The notes beneath the pieces were generated by a model, which was not told where the DNA came from, did no database searches, and saw nothing but the letters and a program-made list of their open reading frames with translations. From Tepidisphaeraceae bacterium (GTDB lineage: Bacteria > Planctomycetota > Phycisphaerae > Tepidisphaerales > Tepidisphaeraceae), in the NCBI GenBank assembly GCA_049511115.1, contig JBEKYH010000001.1:1-33706 (forward strand): a DNA stretch of 33,706 bases, read 5' to 3'. Each line of letters begins with the position of its first letter. Positions within the stretch are counted from its first letter, which is position 1. Positions 31,345 to 33,706 of this stretch are shown piece after piece. The translations under genes and the position numbers were made by a program.

Positions 31345-33706
31345 TCATTTCGCCGCCGGCCCGACGCGATAGGCTTGGCCCGCCAACGCGTCGAATTCGA
31401 CGACATTCGGCCCGGGATTGCGGAGTGCCGGACTACCCGGATCGAGCAGGCTAAGTGCGCTCCCTGCCCGAACGCGACACGTTTCGCCGACCGTCGCGTG
31501 AATCGTTGCCGATACAATTGCCCCATTGGCCCACGTCTCATCCACCACAAATCCCCCCCGCGCCCGCAACCCCGTGACGCTTCCCGCAGGCCACGCTTTC
31601 GGCAGCGCCGGCAAAAGGTGAATCTCCCCGTTCTGGCTTTGCAGAAGCATTTCCGCGATCGCCGCCGTAGCGGCGAGATTCCCGTCCACCTGCAGCGGCG
31701 GGCGGGCGTCAAACATATTCGCATATGTTCCAGCGTTGTTGGAACGGGCGGTGATGTCCGAAGTCGGCGTCAACTGAATCTGCAGCATGTGATGCGCGTG
31801 CTCGGCGTCGAGCAGTCTGGCCCAGAAGCCAATCTTCCACGCAAACCCCCAGCCGGGGCCGCCGTCGCCGCGGAACGTGAGGCTCTTCACCGCCGCCGCC
31901 GCCAGATCAGGTGTGGTGATCGGGCTGATCTGCGAGCCGGGATACACCGCGAACAGATGCGACACATGCTTGTGCGTATCCGTCGGATCATCGTTATCCG
32001 TCTTCCATTCCTGCAACTGCCCAAGGTGCCCGATCTTCAGGGGCGAAAGACGCTGACGCATATCGGTCAGTTTCGCCCTGAAATCCGCGTCGGTGTTCAG
32101 CGCCGTCGCAGCGTCGATGCAGTGCGTGAACAAATCCCAGATGATCTCCTGATCCATCGTCGCCCCCGCCACAAACGGCCCATGCTCGGGCGATTCCGAA
32201 GGCGAACTCACCAGCGTCCCGTCGCTATCCGCGATGAGGTGATCCACCCAGAACTGGGCCGCTTCCTTCATGATGGGATACGCGGTTTTTTGCAGGTAAT
32301 CCTTATCCTTGCTGAACGCGTAATGCTCCCAGACATGCTGGCAGAGCCACGCCCCGCCGGCGGGGAAATACTGATAGGGGCTGGTTCCGCCGGCCGTGAA
32401 TCCCCAGGGGTTGGTGGAAAAATTCACCGTCCAACCGCTCGCGCCGTAAGCCGTCTTCGCGGTGATTCGGCCGCCAACGCGCATGCGATCAATCATGTCA
32501 ATCAGCGGCGTCGCGCACTCCGGCAGGTTCGTCGTCTCCACCGGCCAGTACATCATTTCCAGGTTCATCATGGTGGGGAAATCCGCTCCCCACTGGGCCT
32601 TCGCGTCGTTGTTCCACAGCCCCTGGCGATTGGTCGGCAAGCTGCCTTCGCGCGACGAGGAGATCAAAATGTACCGGCCGAATTGGAAGAAGAGGGCCTC
32701 CAGCCCTGGATCAGCCGCGCCTTTGTGAAAGGCCGTCAGGCGCTGATCGGTAGGCAGCTTCTCATTGTCGCTCTCCCCCAGGTCGAGATTCACGCGACTG
32801 AACAGAGCCGTGTAGTCTTTTTCATGCGCCGCCAGAAGATCGGCATACGAACGGTCCTTCACAGCCGCAATCGCCTTGGCGTTGGCCGCCGCGTAGTCAT
32901 TGCCGCGATACGTCGGCGATGTCGCCAGATATTCCGTCGCCGCCGCGAGAATAATCGTCACGGAATCCGCGTGAGTAACGTCCACGCTTCCCTGCCCCGC
33001 GGCGACTTGCGCCGACGCCCCCTCGGGACGCACTGATATAACGGCGCCGAATCCAAGGCCGTTGCCGGCGAGCTTGCCATCGATCGTCAGCTTTGCCCCA
33101 TCGGCGGCAATCGTCGCGCCGGCCTGCGCACACGTGGCGTGGACGCTTAGATTCAGCAAGCCCGGTTTGTCGCACGTGTAATGCAGCACCATCACCTGAT
33201 CGGGAAAGCTGGCGAAATACTCGCGGTCGTAATTGGCCCCGCCCAGCGAATAGTGGACGCGGGCCACTCCCTGCGAGAGGTCCAGCTCGCGCCGGTAATC
33301 GCTCGCGCCCGCGGCGTCGGCGGTTGGGTGAACGTCAATCAACAGATCGCCAAATGGCTGGTAACCTCCGAAATTGCGGATGTTGCCGTAGAAGTATTGC
33401 TGGATGAGCTGCTGCGCATCTTGCGAATCGCCCTGGGCGAGCATGTCCTGGATTTGCTTGAGATGCGCCGCGCCGCCGGGTTTATTGCCCGAGGTGGGAT
33501 CGGGAGCGCCGGTCCACAGCGAATCTTCATTGAATTGAATATGCTCCTGGGCAACCGACCCAAAGACCATGCCCCCCAGCCGTCCGTTGCCGATGGGAAG
33601 GGCCTGGGTCATCCAGACTTTCGCCGGCTGGGTGTACCAAAGCTTCAGGTCGGCCCCGCGCGCTGGAGCGAGCGCGATCCAGCCGGCCGCGACAAATGCC
33701 ACAACG
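31345..33706 (-). CDS. Glycoside hydrolase family 95 (alpha-L-fucosidase/alpha-L-galactosidase type); N-terminal end probably runs off the window
   Basis: LKLWYTQPAKVWMTQALPIGNGRLGGMVFG is the typical GH95 N-terminus, and the ~785-aa length fits. The ORF track 'M' at 33702 is GTG inside what looks like a signal-peptide h-region, so the true start is likely beyond 33706. The stop lies 26 nt upstream of the araF start. Confidence 0.8.
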   Translation of the reverse strand, partial: VVAFVAAGWIALAPARGADLKLWYTQPAKVWMTQALPIGNGRLGGMVFGSVAQEHIQFNEDSLWTGAPDPTSGNKPGGAAHLKQIQDMLAQGDSQDAQQLIQQYFYGNIRNFGGYQPFGDLLIDVHPTADAAGASDYRRELDLSQGVARVHYSLGGANYDREYFASFPDQVMVLHYTCDKPGLLNLSVHATCAQAGATIAADGAKLTIDGKLAGNGLGFGAVISVRPEGASAQVAAGQGSVDVTHADSVTIILAAATEYLATSPTYRGNDYAAANAKAIAAVKDRSYADLLAAHEKDYTALFSRVNLDLGESDNEKLPTDQRLTAFHKGAADPGLEALFFQFGRYILISSSREGSLPTNRQGLWNNDAKAQWGADFPTMMNLEMMYWPVETTNLPECATPLIDMIDRMRVGGRITAKTAYGASGWTVNFSTNPWGFTAGGTSPYQYFPAGGAWLCQHVWEHYAFSKDKDYLQKTAYPIMKEAAQFWVDHLIADSDGTLVSSPSESPEHGPFVAGATMDQEIIWDLFTHCIDAATALNTDADFRAKLTDMRQRLSPLKIGHLGQLQEWKTDNDDPTDTHKHVSHLFAVYPGSQISPITTPDLAAAAVKSLTFRGDGGPGWGFAWKIGFWARLLDAEHAHHMLQIQLTPTSDITARSNNAGTYANMFDARPPLQVDGNLAATAAIAEMLLQSQNGEIHLLPALPKAWPAGSVTGLRARGGFVVDETWANGAIVSATIHATVGETCRVRAGSALSLLDPGSPALRNPGPNVVEFDALAGQAYRVGPAAK

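Noticed and set aside
28712-33036. Long plus-strand ORFs antisense to araG, araF and GH95: 28712-30109 (465 aa), 30350-31270 (306 aa) and 31375-33036 (553 aa).
   Set aside because: The sense-strand products match AraG, AraF and GH95 blocks closely. The antisense products are Arg-rich nonsense typical of high-GC antisense frames.
1-33706. Scan for larA/DUF2088, CRISPR repeats, tRNA/rRNA genes, transposases, integrases, phage genes and known defence-system genes.
   Set aside because: No ORF of suitable size or motif content remained unassigned. The intergenic regions are all 235 nt or shorter. They contain no periodic repeat-spacer pattern or tRNA-like structure that I could see.

Overview
High-GC bacterial chromosome segment. 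Hand counts give about 65% GC in typical genes. Gene content looks like the PVC superphylum (Verrucomicrobiota/Planctomycetota): a DUF1592-type/DUF1552 pair and many Sec/Tat-exported carbohydrate-active enzymes. I support 27 protein-coding genes, one antitoxin gene fragment and one palindromic repeat. I found no rRNA, tRNA, CRISPR array, transposase or integrase.

Layout:
(i) 1-4653, + strand: a partial GH3, a GH106-like hydrolase and an abutting XRE-type HTH gene.
(ii) 4715-17809, a 13-kb run of ten minus-strand genes: CE12/SGNH rhamnogalacturonan acetylesterase, three alpha/beta-hydrolase esterases, the DUF1592-type cytochrome-motif protein plus DUF1552 protein, a Tat-exported Gfo/Idh/MocA oxidoreductase, an MFS transporter, a secreted beta-propeller of unknown function and Cu/Zn superoxide dismutase.
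(iii) 17950-21149: two convergent aldo/keto reductases (one Tat-exported) and a TLGYGD potassium channel.
(iv) 21385-24351: a larB-larC-larE nickel-pincer cofactor operon with no larA in the window.
(v) 24352-25938: a lower-GC islet (about 48%) with a truncated SAM methyltransferase and an overlapping two-gene toxin-antitoxin-like module (unknown 158-aa protein plus RelE/ParE-like ORF).
(vi) serA, a 143-nt near-perfect palindromic REP/MITE-like element, and a GH95-araF-araG-araH operon that runs off the 3' edge.

Most worth follow-up: the uncharacterised DUF1592/DUF1552 pair embedded in a pectin/hemicellulose locus; the orphan lar operon, whose LarE carries a three-Cys (Fe-S type) signature; the atypical TA-like module in the low-GC islet; the periplasmic Tat-dependent NAD(P) oxidoreductases; and the palindromic element. 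All family assignments come from motif recognition by eye. No database search was run.
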